Shown: positions 9,630 through 17,903 of the stretch, piece after piece
Numbering within the stretch: the first letter of the stretch is position 1
Layout of the letters: each line of letters opens with the position of its first letter
NCBI GenBank assembly: GCA_017609985.1
Contig: JAFCCW010000004.1
Coordinates: 23,558 to 87,557, forward strand
Source: Candidatus Iainarchaeum sp.
GTDB lineage: Archaea; Iainarchaeota; Iainarchaeia; Iainarchaeales; JAFCCW01
Length of the DNA stretch: 64,000 nucleotides
Direction: 5' to 3'
Translations under genes and position numbers: made by a program
Notes under the pieces: model-generated
What the model saw: the letters and a program-made list of their open reading frames with translations, nothing else
What the model was told of the DNA's origin: nothing
The model's database searches: none

Positions 9630-9995
9630 TTATTGAGTCTTTATTTCAGGCACTGACTCGGATTTTTTTTCCTTCATTTTTTCTTCCTTTACTTTATCTA
9701 CTTTTTCTGCTTTTTTCTCAATTGACATAACAACAAAGCTTTTTGTCTTGCTAAGCCTTCTTGTTTCACCAACAGTTACAATGTCACCCTCGCCTGCAGC
9801 AATGCATTCAGGGTTATGAGCATAAATTTTTGAAGTGAATTTTTTGTATCTTTCATACTTTGGAATCTGTCTTATAAGTGTTCTTGTAATCACTACAGTG
9901 CGATGTGGCTTTGCGCTGACAACTGTTCCAGTAAACATATTGCCTCTTATTTTTAGTCCGCCATGCACGGGACATTTTTTGTCATTGCATTCCAT
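9630..9995 (-). CDS. rps17: 30S ribosomal protein uS17
   Basis: Motifs CNDKKCPVHG, PKYERY and GETRRLSKTKSF. Start set at ATG 9995 after GGAGG. Confidence 0.96.
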   Translation of the reverse strand: MECNDKKCPVHGGLKIRGNMFTGTVVSAKPHRTVVITRTLIRQIPKYERYKKFTSKIYAHNPECIAAGEGDIVTVGETRRLSKTKSFVVMSIEKKAEKVDKVKEEKMKEKKSESVPEIKTQ

Positions 9996-10290
9996 TTTTT
10001 TTCCTCCAAAATTCCTTAATCCTGTTTTCTGGTTTTTCTTCAATAAACTTTCCATCAATCCTAACTCTTTCTTTTCCCAATAAAAACTCTATTACAACTT
10101 CCCTTTTTGGAATAATTTTTTCGCCTGAACCTGTTTCAACAACAAGAGTGTTTTTTGTTTCATCAACAACTCTTCCGCACAACCCTTTTCTTGAGCTTTC
10201 CTTGCTTTCCAAGACCTTTACTTCAAGTCCGATAAGCTCGTGTGCTCCAAGGTTTTCTTTTGTTATGCGATATTGCTGTGATTCAAGCAT
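9982..10290 (-). CDS. rnp1: Ribonuclease P protein component 1 (Rpp29)
   Basis: Motifs HELIGLEV, GRVVDETKNT, IPK and PENRIK; canonical position. Confidence 0.93.
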   Translation of the reverse strand: MLESQQYRITKENLGAHELIGLEVKVLESKESSRKGLCGRVVDETKNTLVVETGSGEKIIPKREVVIEFLLGKERVRIDGKFIEEKPENRIKEFWRKKNGMQ

Positions 10291-10585
10291 CAATCAATTC
10301 CTCCTTAAATCCTTTTTTTATCAGGAAATCTTTAACTTTTTTCAGATGGTTTCCCTGCAGTTCAATTTCATCATCTTTTATTGTTCCTCCACAAGCAAAC
10401 TGCCTTTTCATTTCCTTTCCAAGCTCCTGAATGTTTGCATCTTTTTCTATTCCATTTACCGTAGTGACAATTTTTCCAAATCGTCTTCTTACTGTTCTAA
10501 CTTTTATTTTTGTCGATTCTTTTGCGATTTCACTGCAGACACAAAGCGACTGCGGCATTCCACATTTTTGGCAAACTCCACTCAT
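10283..10585 (-). CDS. Translation initiation factor SUI1/aIF1
   Basis: N-terminal CQKCGMPQSLCVC plus RRFGK, ACGGT and IELQGNH. Confidence 0.95.
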   Translation of the reverse strand: MSGVCQKCGMPQSLCVCSEIAKESTKIKVRTVRRRFGKIVTTVNGIEKDANIQELGKEMKRQFACGGTIKDDEIELQGNHLKKVKDFLIKKGFKEELIDA

Positions 10586-10815
10586 TCGCTTTTACTCACC
10601 TCTGGTTTTTTCTTTATTTCAATTTCATTAAGAATTGTAAGCGTTCTGGCAATTTCTCTCCTATTTTTTCTGATAATTCCCGGATTCTCCGGCCTGGTTC
10701 CTGAAGAAATCAGAGCACGTTCCTTTGAGAGTTCTTGCTTAATTGTCACTATTCTCTCCTTAAGCTCTTCTTCGCTCATTGCTCTCAAATCTTTTGGTTT
10801 AATCTTTTTTGCCAT
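10582..10815 (-). CDS. rpl29: 50S ribosomal protein uL29
   Basis: Motifs LRAMS and PENPGIIRKNRREIARTLT. Confidence 0.95.
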   Translation of the reverse strand: MAKKIKPKDLRAMSEEELKERIVTIKQELSKERALISSGTRPENPGIIRKNRREIARTLTILNEIEIKKKPEVSKSE

Positions 10816-10821
10816 TCAAAA

Positions 10822-11802
10822 TCACTCTTTTTTATCTTCTTTCTTGTCTGTTTTCTTTTCTTCTTTTGCTTTTTCTTCGTTCACTATTTTATTTTCTTTC
10901 TTTGTTTCTTCTTTTTTCTCGTTCTTTTTTTCCTTTGCAGGCTCAGACTTCTCTTTTTTTACTTCTTCTTTTTTTGGCTCTTCTTCTTTCTCATTTTCCT
11001 TTTTCTTCTCTTTCTTTTCTTTGTTTTTATTGTCTTCTTTTCCTGCTTTTTTTTCCTTGTCTGTTTCTGGTTTCTCTTTTTCTTCTTTCTTTTCAGAACC
11101 AGTTTTTTCCTGCTTGACTTCCTTTTCCTTTTTTTCAACTTCTTTCCCGCTTGTTTCTTTTTCAACAGTCTTTGCTACTGTTTCTTCTTTTGGTTCCTCT
11201 TTAGACATTACATCTGCAATATTAACCTTGTCAGGAAACACTACTTCTGGTCTGATAATCCTAAGTTTTATTCCAATAGCGCCTGCTTTTGGATAAGCTG
11301 ATGCTTTTGCATAATCAACTAATTCAGTTTGAGCTCCAACTTTTTTCATATAACCGCTTGCGATTCTGTGTTTTCTTTTTCTTCCGCCTTTTCCAGCAAG
11401 CTTTCCTGAAAATACTAATTCTATTCCCTGTGCCCCTGCACTCTGAATATCTCTGACTGATCTGAAAGCAACACTTCTCCAAGAGAAACCTCTCTCAATC
11501 AGGGAAGTCATTTTGTCAACCATTGCTTTTGCATTAAGCTCTGGATTCTCGATTTCTTTTATTTCCAACTGTGGGTTTTCAAATCCAAATTGTTCTCCTA
11601 TTTCTTCAGTCAAGCGTCTGATATTCTTTCCGCCTTTTCCAATTGCAAGGCCAGGGTGAGTAACATTAAGCACAATTCTTGTAACAAGCGGAGTTTTCAC
11701 TATGTCAAGGTGAGTGAAGCCCGCTCCATCAAGCTCTTTCTTAAGGTATCTTTCAAGTTCAACCTTTTTGATTCCTTGTTTTATAAAAACTCTTTCAATC
11801 AC
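10822..11802 (-). CDS. rps3: 30S ribosomal protein uS3 with ~125-aa Lys/Glu-rich C-terminal extension
   Basis: KH domain (PGLAIGKGG) plus GAQGIE..SGKL and GAIGIKLRI. Confidence 0.96.
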   Translation of the reverse strand: MIERVFIKQGIKKVELERYLKKELDGAGFTHLDIVKTPLVTRIVLNVTHPGLAIGKGGKNIRRLTEEIGEQFGFENPQLEIKEIENPELNAKAMVDKMTSLIERGFSWRSVAFRSVRDIQSAGAQGIELVFSGKLAGKGGRKRKHRIASGYMKKVGAQTELVDYAKASAYPKAGAIGIKLRIIRPEVVFPDKVNIADVMSKEEPKEETVAKTVEKETSGKEVEKKEKEVKQEKTGSEKKEEKEKPETDKEKKAGKEDNKNKEKKEKKKENEKEEEPKKEEVKKEKSEPAKEKKNEKKEETKKENKIVNEEKAKEEKKTDKKEDKKE

Positions 11803-11810
11803 TTTACCAC

Positions 11811-12281
11811 CTATGCTGCCTCCATAACGACGATTTCGATATGGGTACTTTTCTTTTTTCTTCTTTTTCCTGCGATTCTTCCTTTTGACTGATAAGAATT
11901 TCTTCTAAATCCCTCTGAAGCAAAAGCATGAATTATGAGAAGTTTTTCTGCATCAAGCCCCTTAAAGTCAGCATTTGCTTTTACACTTTCTAAAATGTCA
12001 AGAAAAGCCTTGCATGTGTTTTCAGGATATCTTCCTGACTTAACTCCACTCTTGCTATCTCCTTTTCTGTGACCAACTTTCTTGTTGTATTTTTTCAAAG
12101 GAATAAAATCCTTGTGTTCAATTACTCTCTTCAAATAATCTTCAATTTTTGAAACTGGTTTTCCCTTTATTTCTCTGCAAATTTCAGTAGCGTACTTGGT
12201 TGAAACAGGCTTGTTCTTTCCGATCGCTCGAGCAGTCTTCTCATGAGATTCCTGCATTGCCTGATAATTTTTCTTTACCAT
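11811..12281 (-). CDS. rpl22: 50S ribosomal protein uL22
   Basis: Motifs VGHRKG, GRYP, NADFKGLD and THIEIV. Confidence 0.97.
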   Translation of the reverse strand: MVKKNYQAMQESHEKTARAIGKNKPVSTKYATEICREIKGKPVSKIEDYLKRVIEHKDFIPLKKYNKKVGHRKGDSKSGVKSGRYPENTCKAFLDILESVKANADFKGLDAEKLLIIHAFASEGFRRNSYQSKGRIAGKRRKKKSTHIEIVVMEAA

Positions 12282-12290
12282 AAAATCACG

Positions 12291-12698
12291 CTATCCTCTT
12301 GCTGTTGCAATTGCTGTTGAAGATCTTGTAGCTCCAATTCCTGCTTTTCCATGTGAAAGCTTTTTTCTTGTGAGTGCAAACTCTCCAAGATAGTGCCCGA
12401 GCATTTCCGGCATTACTTCAACATTAACAAACTCATTTCCTTTATGAACTGCAAATTTTGCTCCAATCATTGCAGGAATCACAATAATATCTCTCCTGTG
12501 TGTTCTGATTACTTTTGGTTCAGTTTCCGGGCCAGATACTTTCTTTGCATTTTCAAGCTTTTGCATAATTTTCTTATTAACTCCTCGCTTAAGTGTTCTT
12601 CTTGCTCTTGAGTCAACAAGCTCTGCAAACTGTTCGATAGTCATGCTCTGCAATTCTTCCAAAGTTTTTCCCTTGAATGTAAATATTTTCTTTGCCAT
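12291..12698 (-). CDS. rps19: 30S ribosomal protein uS19
   Basis: Motifs IRTHRRD, EMLGHYLGEF and GIGATRSS. Confidence 0.98.
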   Translation of the reverse strand: MAKKIFTFKGKTLEELQSMTIEQFAELVDSRARRTLKRGVNKKIMQKLENAKKVSGPETEPKVIRTHRRDIIVIPAMIGAKFAVHKGNEFVNVEVMPEMLGHYLGEFALTRKKLSHGKAGIGATRSSTAIATARG

Positions 12699-12710
12699 AG
12701 TCAATCACCG

Positions 12711-13418
12711 CTATTTTTTCTTTCGCCCAGTTCTTTTTGACGCTATTGCTCCAACCTTTCTTCCCGGAGATGCATGTCTTGAAGTGCTTTTACTCTTTCC
12801 AGCATGATGTTGTTCTCCACCAAATGGATGGTCTGAAGCGTTCATTGCAACACCTCTGACTCTGGGCCATTTTCTGCTTTTTGCCTTCATAAACTTAAAT
12901 TTTGCTCCAGCTTTAACCATTGGCTTTTCTTTTCTTCCGCCCCCGGAGCAACAACCAATGCTTGCTCTTGAAACAAGAGGAATATTTTTGATGTTACCGC
13001 TTGGCAACTTAATTCTGGCATAAGTCTTCTCTTTTGAAACAAGGATAGCATACATTCCGCTTCCCCTAACAAGCTTTCCACCGTCTCCGTTCACAAGCTC
13101 TATATTAAACACAGGACATCCTTCTGGAATTCCTGACAAAGGCAGAGTATTTCCAATGCTTATTTCAGAATCTAGCCCCATTGAAACTTTTTGTCCCACG
13201 GAAAGTCCTTCTGCTGCAATAACTGTTTCTTTGTTTCCATTGTTAAATTCTATATTCGCCATAACTGTGCTTCCACCATTATCTTTTTCAAGATTCATAA
13301 CTTCTCCTGCCACAGTTTTGTCTGCATCAGAAGAACAGTATTTAGAGCAGATTCCTTTCTTTTTTGCTCTGAACACAGATGTTCCGCGCCCTCTTCTCTG
13401 TAGCATCAGTTTAGCCAT
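12711..13418 (-). CDS. rpl2: 50S ribosomal protein uL2
   Basis: Motifs QRRGRG, WPRVRGVAMNASDHPFGG and PGRKVG. Confidence 0.98.
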   Translation of the reverse strand: MAKLMLQRRGRGTSVFRAKKKGICSKYCSSDADKTVAGEVMNLEKDNGGSTVMANIEFNNGNKETVIAAEGLSVGQKVSMGLDSEISIGNTLPLSGIPEGCPVFNIELVNGDGGKLVRGSGMYAILVSKEKTYARIKLPSGNIKNIPLVSRASIGCCSGGGRKEKPMVKAGAKFKFMKAKSRKWPRVRGVAMNASDHPFGGEQHHAGKSKSTSRHASPGRKVGAIASKRTGRKKK

Positions 13419-13428
13419 ATTAATTCAC

Positions 13429-13695
13429 CTAAATAACTCCAAGCTTGGTTGCAAGTTCCTCTGCTTTAAATTCCTTGCCAAGCTTTACAATTGCTTTTTT
13501 TCTTCCCTTTGTATCGTTAATAACCTTTATTCCTTCAACCTTAACTTTGTGAACTGTTTCAACAGCATTTTTTATCTCTGGCTTTGTTGCTAACTTATTG
13601 ACAACAAATGAAATCTTGTTTTCTCGCTCAATCATTCCGACTGCTTTTTCAGTAATAAGCGGGAACAAAATTATTTCATCAATCCTTAAAGTCAT
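13429..13695 (-). CDS. rpl23: 50S ribosomal protein uL23
   Basis: Motifs PLITEKA, ATKPEIK and KKAIVKL. Confidence 0.97.
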   Translation of the reverse strand: MTLRIDEIILFPLITEKAVGMIERENKISFVVNKLATKPEIKNAVETVHKVKVEGIKVINDTKGRKKAIVKLGKEFKAEELATKLGVI

Positions 13696-14504
13696 GCAAC
13701 CACTCTCTTTTCAGCCTTAAGACCTTCGATTGCGGTTTCTGTCCAGACAGTCAATCTTCCTGGCATGCAACCAGGAGCAAGCTTCTCTGCACTAATGCTT
13801 GAAACAGTTGAAATATCCACTCCTTCAAGATTTCTTGCTGCTTTGTAAATTTCTGCCTTATCCCCAGTAACAATCAAAATACTCTTTTTTCTCTTATGAA
13901 CTCTTCCCCTCTTCTTTCCCTTGCCAGCTCTTCTCTTTTTCTTGCTTTTTGCGCTTTCAATATCTTCATAAATTCCAATCTTGCTAAGCACATCAACAAT
14001 CTGTTTTGTTTTTGCAAATTTTTCAAAATCACTTTCAATAATAACTGGAAGCACTATGTTTCCAAGAATATGTCTTTTTGAAACAAGGTCTTTGTTTGCA
14101 GTTGCAGCAATTGCTGAAGCAATAGCCTTTGCTTTTTCCTTTTTGTTAACTTTTTCTTTTATAACCTGCTCGACTTTCGGAGCGTGTGCTTTTGGCCCTC
14201 CAACAGCCTGTGAAACAGCTGCAACTCTTCCTGAAAGAAGACCGCGTCTGTTCTTCATTCTTGGAAGTCTTGCTTTTCCAACATTAATTGTTCTTGCATG
14301 CTGTGGCAGGCTTCTTGAACCGCGGTATTCAGCAGTATTGTCTCTTCCAGCCTTTGGTTTAACTCCTTTTGGCTGTTTTCTTGCAGATTGTCCTGCAAGC
14401 ACTGCTCTCTTAATCAATCCGGGCTCGTAAGCCGAACTAAAAACTTTTGGCAAGTCAATAGACTTAAGTTTTTTTCCTTCAACTGAAAAAACATCTGCTT
14501 TCAT
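13692..14504 (-). CDS. rpl4: 50S ribosomal protein uL4
   Basis: Motifs GGPKAHAPK, RAGKGKKRGR and LAPGCMPGRLTVWT. Confidence 0.97.
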   Translation of the reverse strand: MKADVFSVEGKKLKSIDLPKVFSSAYEPGLIKRAVLAGQSARKQPKGVKPKAGRDNTAEYRGSRSLPQHARTINVGKARLPRMKNRRGLLSGRVAAVSQAVGGPKAHAPKVEQVIKEKVNKKEKAKAIASAIAATANKDLVSKRHILGNIVLPVIIESDFEKFAKTKQIVDVLSKIGIYEDIESAKSKKKRRAGKGKKRGRVHKRKKSILIVTGDKAEIYKAARNLEGVDISTVSSISAEKLAPGCMPGRLTVWTETAIEGLKAEKRVVA

Positions 14505-14521
14505 AACACATCACATTTAAT

Positions 14522-15568
14522 CTAATTAACAATCTTTTCGATTTCCTCTAGTTTAATTTTTTCAGTAATTCCTTTTCTCATGTTTGTTCTAAGCGCAATT
14601 AATCTTTTTCTTGGACCCGGCACTGAACCTGCAAGCAGTACAAAAGAGTTTTTGACAACCCCATAATTTGTAAAACCAGCTTTTGGATTTATTTCGTTTA
14701 CATCACTCCCAAGCTTTAAAATCTTCTTGTTGTATTCTGTTCTGCACTGGTATCCGAGCTGGCCTGGTCTTGCAACAGTCCACATTACAGTAGCTGGATG
14801 CCATGGTCCAATACTTCCCATAACTCTCTTGTGCTTTGCTTTGGGTCTGTGAATCTTGACACCAGCTCTTTTAACAACTCCCTGAAAACCTTTTCCTTTT
14901 GTAACAGCTTTTACGTCAACAAATTGTTTTTCCTTGAAAACTTCTTCTATTGAAAGCTCTTTTCCAAGTTTTTCTTTTGCGTAAGCAAGCTGTTCTTCAC
15001 TGTTTCCAGACAGCATTATTTCAACAATTTCTGGCTTCTTTTTTCCAGTTCCAGTAATTGCCGGCTGAGAATGTGCAAGAAGTCTTATTCCAACAATTCG
15101 CTCCAAATCCTTTTCTAAATCAGAAACAGTTGTCTTCTTTGCACTTTCTTTCTCCTCTTCTTTCTTTTCTTCTTTTGCCCCACTTCCTTTGCCTTTCTTT
15201 TGTTTCTTTTCCCGGAATGCTTTAATTTTTCTCAAAAGATGCTTGTCTGCTTTCTCAGCTAAGACATCTCCCAAAACCTTTAATCCATAAGCGTCTTTTT
15301 TGTAAGCCCTGATTCCAAAAATTTTTATTGGGGGAGTCTCAATAACTGTTGCTGCCTGTGAAGTGCTCATTCCATAGCTTGGGCTTTTCTCATGCATATT
15401 CTTTCCAATCACGTGAGACATTCCTGCTTTGTAACCAACAAAGTTAAGTGGAACACAAGTTTCTTGCTCAGCCAGCCCTGCATTGCTGAAGCTTGGTGTT
15501 TCTTTCTTTGCTCTTTTCTTTGGATAGAAAGCAAGACTTCCAGACCTTGGCTTGTGTTTTTGACCCAT
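14522..15568 (-). CDS. rpl3: 50S ribosomal protein uL3
   Basis: Motifs PRSGSLAFYP, GYKAGM, TKGKGFQGVVKR and GSVPGPRKR. Confidence 0.98.
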   Translation of the reverse strand: MGQKHKPRSGSLAFYPKKRAKKETPSFSNAGLAEQETCVPLNFVGYKAGMSHVIGKNMHEKSPSYGMSTSQAATVIETPPIKIFGIRAYKKDAYGLKVLGDVLAEKADKHLLRKIKAFREKKQKKGKGSGAKEEKKEEEKESAKKTTVSDLEKDLERIVGIRLLAHSQPAITGTGKKKPEIVEIMLSGNSEEQLAYAKEKLGKELSIEEVFKEKQFVDVKAVTKGKGFQGVVKRAGVKIHRPKAKHKRVMGSIGPWHPATVMWTVARPGQLGYQCRTEYNKKILKLGSDVNEINPKAGFTNYGVVKNSFVLLAGSVPGPRKRLIALRTNMRKGITEKIKLEEIEKIVN

Positions 15569-15593
15569 TCTTACACCATCTTATTCAAAAAAA

Positions 15594-15702
15594 GCACAGT
15601 CTTGTCTCTCCCAAGTTTCAGATGAATTTCCCTTCAATTGAGGGCAGCCAAACAAACAGTTGGCATTTATATCCGACCCGGTTTGGGCAAGACACAGTGT
15701 GC
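15594..15702 (-). promoter_or_regulatory. Candidate structured 5' leader RNA of the rpl3 operon
   Basis: Nested complementary blocks GCACA/UGUGC, GUCUUG/CAAGAC, CCCAA/UUGGG and UCGGAU/AUCUGA enclose two hairpins (GCCAA..UUGGC, CCCU..AGGG). GC-richer than its flanks. Confidence 0.55.
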
Positions 15703-15755
15703 TCTATTATTCTATATTCTATATTTTCTATACAGTAAGCTTTAAAAATGCAACT

Positions 15756-17837
15756 TTATTCAATCCATTCTTCTTTTCCTTCTGCTTCAGCCCAGGGCTC
15801 TTCTGGCTGTTCTCTTCCAATTACTATGAAGACAGCAATAATTAAAATCGCGATTACTACAAGCGCAATCCAGAAGCTTTCAACAAATGAAAACAAAGCT
15901 GCTCCAAGATTAAAACCTGTTTCTTGTTCAGTTGCGTCTCCTTCTTCAGCAGGTGTTTCTTCAACAATCTCTTCTTCTGAGTTGTCAGCCTGCTTTTTTA
16001 CAACCTGAACAGTGTGTTCTCCTGCGCTTGTTCCTTCAAGGTCAACAGAAAACTTTATTTCTCCTGTTCCATTTGTTTCAATATTTGCATAAAAAATTTC
16101 TTCCATTTTGTTAGGAACTGAAATAACTCTTGGCTGAACTTTTGCATTGACTGCACTCAAAGCAATATTTGCTCTTTTTCCTGAAAAATTGCTGACTCTG
16201 AAAACAAGTATGCCCTTGCCATTCTCAAGCTCTTTAAAGGAGGCTGTGCTCAGATTAAATCCTGAAATATCTGCTTCCTGTTCGTTTTCCCTGCTTGCTT
16301 GATTTCTTGTTGAATTCTTTTCAGAGGGCAAAACAAGAACACTAAATCTCTTTGAAAGATGGTTTTCATAGCAGTTTTTTCCTGAAGCAAAATGCCCTCT
16401 CACTTTCAAAAACCCGGTTGGGTCAACTGCTTTGCCAATTGATGAAACTTTAACAATTATTTCTCCCTTGCTGCCTGGTTCAATCACACGCTCTCTAGAG
16501 TGCTCTTCAGTTATTATGTCGTCACTCAAGTCATAGGCATAAACCCAGTCAACATAGAATACTTCGCTTGAATGATTCCAAAGGAAAAAAGAAGCATAAA
16601 CACTTTCATCTTCGTAAAGTGAAACATTATTTCCTGAAATAGAGAGCGCTGAGCAGCTTGAATCATTTGAAGCAAAATATGCATAATCTTTGCTTTCTTG
16701 CTCTGTTCCATTCATTGTTGTTGTTTCATTTTCTGTGTTTCCTGCGCTGTTTTCAAGAGTCAACGGAGTAAATGAATTAGTTTTAACAATATGTGCTGTT
16801 TCTTCAAATTCAAAAGAATCCTCAATTGTTATGTAGAAAGGTCTGTTTGTTTTCCTGCATTCTATTCCGCTTTCAAAGTGGCCTTCAAGGCTTGCGTATC
16901 CTGTACCTCTCTCTTGCCCGATAATTTCTCCAGAGTAAACCTTAACCTTAATTTTTGCTGTCCCGTATGGCTCAATGTAACTTGGTTGGTGCACAGCTTC
17001 TGCTTCGAACCTGTCGTTGTAATCTCTTACTTCAAGTCCGTCAATATAAAATGCTTTTCCTGAAGTATTGTAAACAGTAAAATTCTTTTCCTGTGCACTG
17101 TTTTCTTCCAGCTCAAAATCTGCTGTGCTGAATCTTATTTCTGAACAGTCTGCTTTCGGCTCCTGAAATTGCTCAATATAACTCTGGTTTGTATTAAACT
17201 GGTTTTGCTCTTTTCCTGTTTCTTTGTATTCTGGTTCTGTCTCTTCTGCTTTTTTCCAGTTAGTGACCTGTACATAAGCATTCTCGCTGTCATATGAATT
17301 TTTTCCAGCAATGCTTGTCTTGATGCTTATTTTGTATTCTTCAAATTCTCCTGCTGTGAAAGCATTCCTGAATTCAAAAAATTTTGTTGAAAAACCATGC
17401 TTTGTCCAGCTCTGGAAATAAGATCCAGTGCTTGCATAGCCATATCCACACCATGGCTCAAAATAGCCCATTATTGTGCTATATGTGCTTCCGCTGTCCA
17501 TGTAATTGTAAGTATCATAACCATATCCCTTTGGATAAACATAATCATATTCTGCTGGCAGAGTCTTTACTTGCTTCCAGACTCCGTCTTCGTTGCCATA
17601 AACAGTTGCTTCTGCCTTGACTTCGTAATATGGCTCATAGCCCTTGTCAAGGAAAATACTTGCATGAATATCTATTCTGTCGCCTGTGCTTGCTTTTGCG
17701 TGGTGCAGCCACTCGCCCCCGTCAGCTCTTGCTTCAGCAAAATTTATTTTTACATGTGCTGTGTTGCTGCTGGCTACTGCAAAAGAACACAAAAAAGCCA
17801 GAGCGATGAATGCGTAGAATAGCTTTGAAAAAGTCAT
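15756..17837 (-). CDS. Secreted, C-terminally anchored surface protein with two internal beta-rich repeats
   Basis: N-terminal signal peptide, many NxS/T sequons, repeated C..F..N.S...FY.D...IEP.....VKV.S...G...GHF.SG..C units and a C-terminal TM helix. Confidence 0.75.
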   Translation of the reverse strand: MTFSKLFYAFIALAFLCSFAVASSNTAHVKINFAEARADGGEWLHHAKASTGDRIDIHASIFLDKGYEPYYEVKAEATVYGNEDGVWKQVKTLPAEYDYVYPKGYGYDTYNYMDSGSTYSTIMGYFEPWCGYGYASTGSYFQSWTKHGFSTKFFEFRNAFTAGEFEEYKISIKTSIAGKNSYDSENAYVQVTNWKKAEETEPEYKETGKEQNQFNTNQSYIEQFQEPKADCSEIRFSTADFELEENSAQEKNFTVYNTSGKAFYIDGLEVRDYNDRFEAEAVHQPSYIEPYGTAKIKVKVYSGEIIGQERGTGYASLEGHFESGIECRKTNRPFYITIEDSFEFEETAHIVKTNSFTPLTLENSAGNTENETTTMNGTEQESKDYAYFASNDSSCSALSISGNNVSLYEDESVYASFFLWNHSSEVFYVDWVYAYDLSDDIITEEHSRERVIEPGSKGEIIVKVSSIGKAVDPTGFLKVRGHFASGKNCYENHLSKRFSVLVLPSEKNSTRNQASRENEQEADISGFNLSTASFKELENGKGILVFRVSNFSGKRANIALSAVNAKVQPRVISVPNKMEEIFYANIETNGTGEIKFSVDLEGTSAGEHTVQVVKKQADNSEEEIVEETPAEEGDATEQETGFNLGAALFSFVESFWIALVVIAILIIAVFIVIGREQPEEPWAEAEGKEEWIE

Positions 17838-17903
17838 GTATATATTTGCTGTTGAACCAGTATTTAAATGTTCCTAATTAACGGGAATTGGTTAATTAGG
17901 TTA

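Noticed and set aside
10148-11301. Long plus-strand ORFs (382 aa and 188 aa) rich in Phe/Ser/Leu
   Set aside because: They are antisense shadows of the K/E-rich uS3 tail. The same applies to most plus-strand ORFs in the track.
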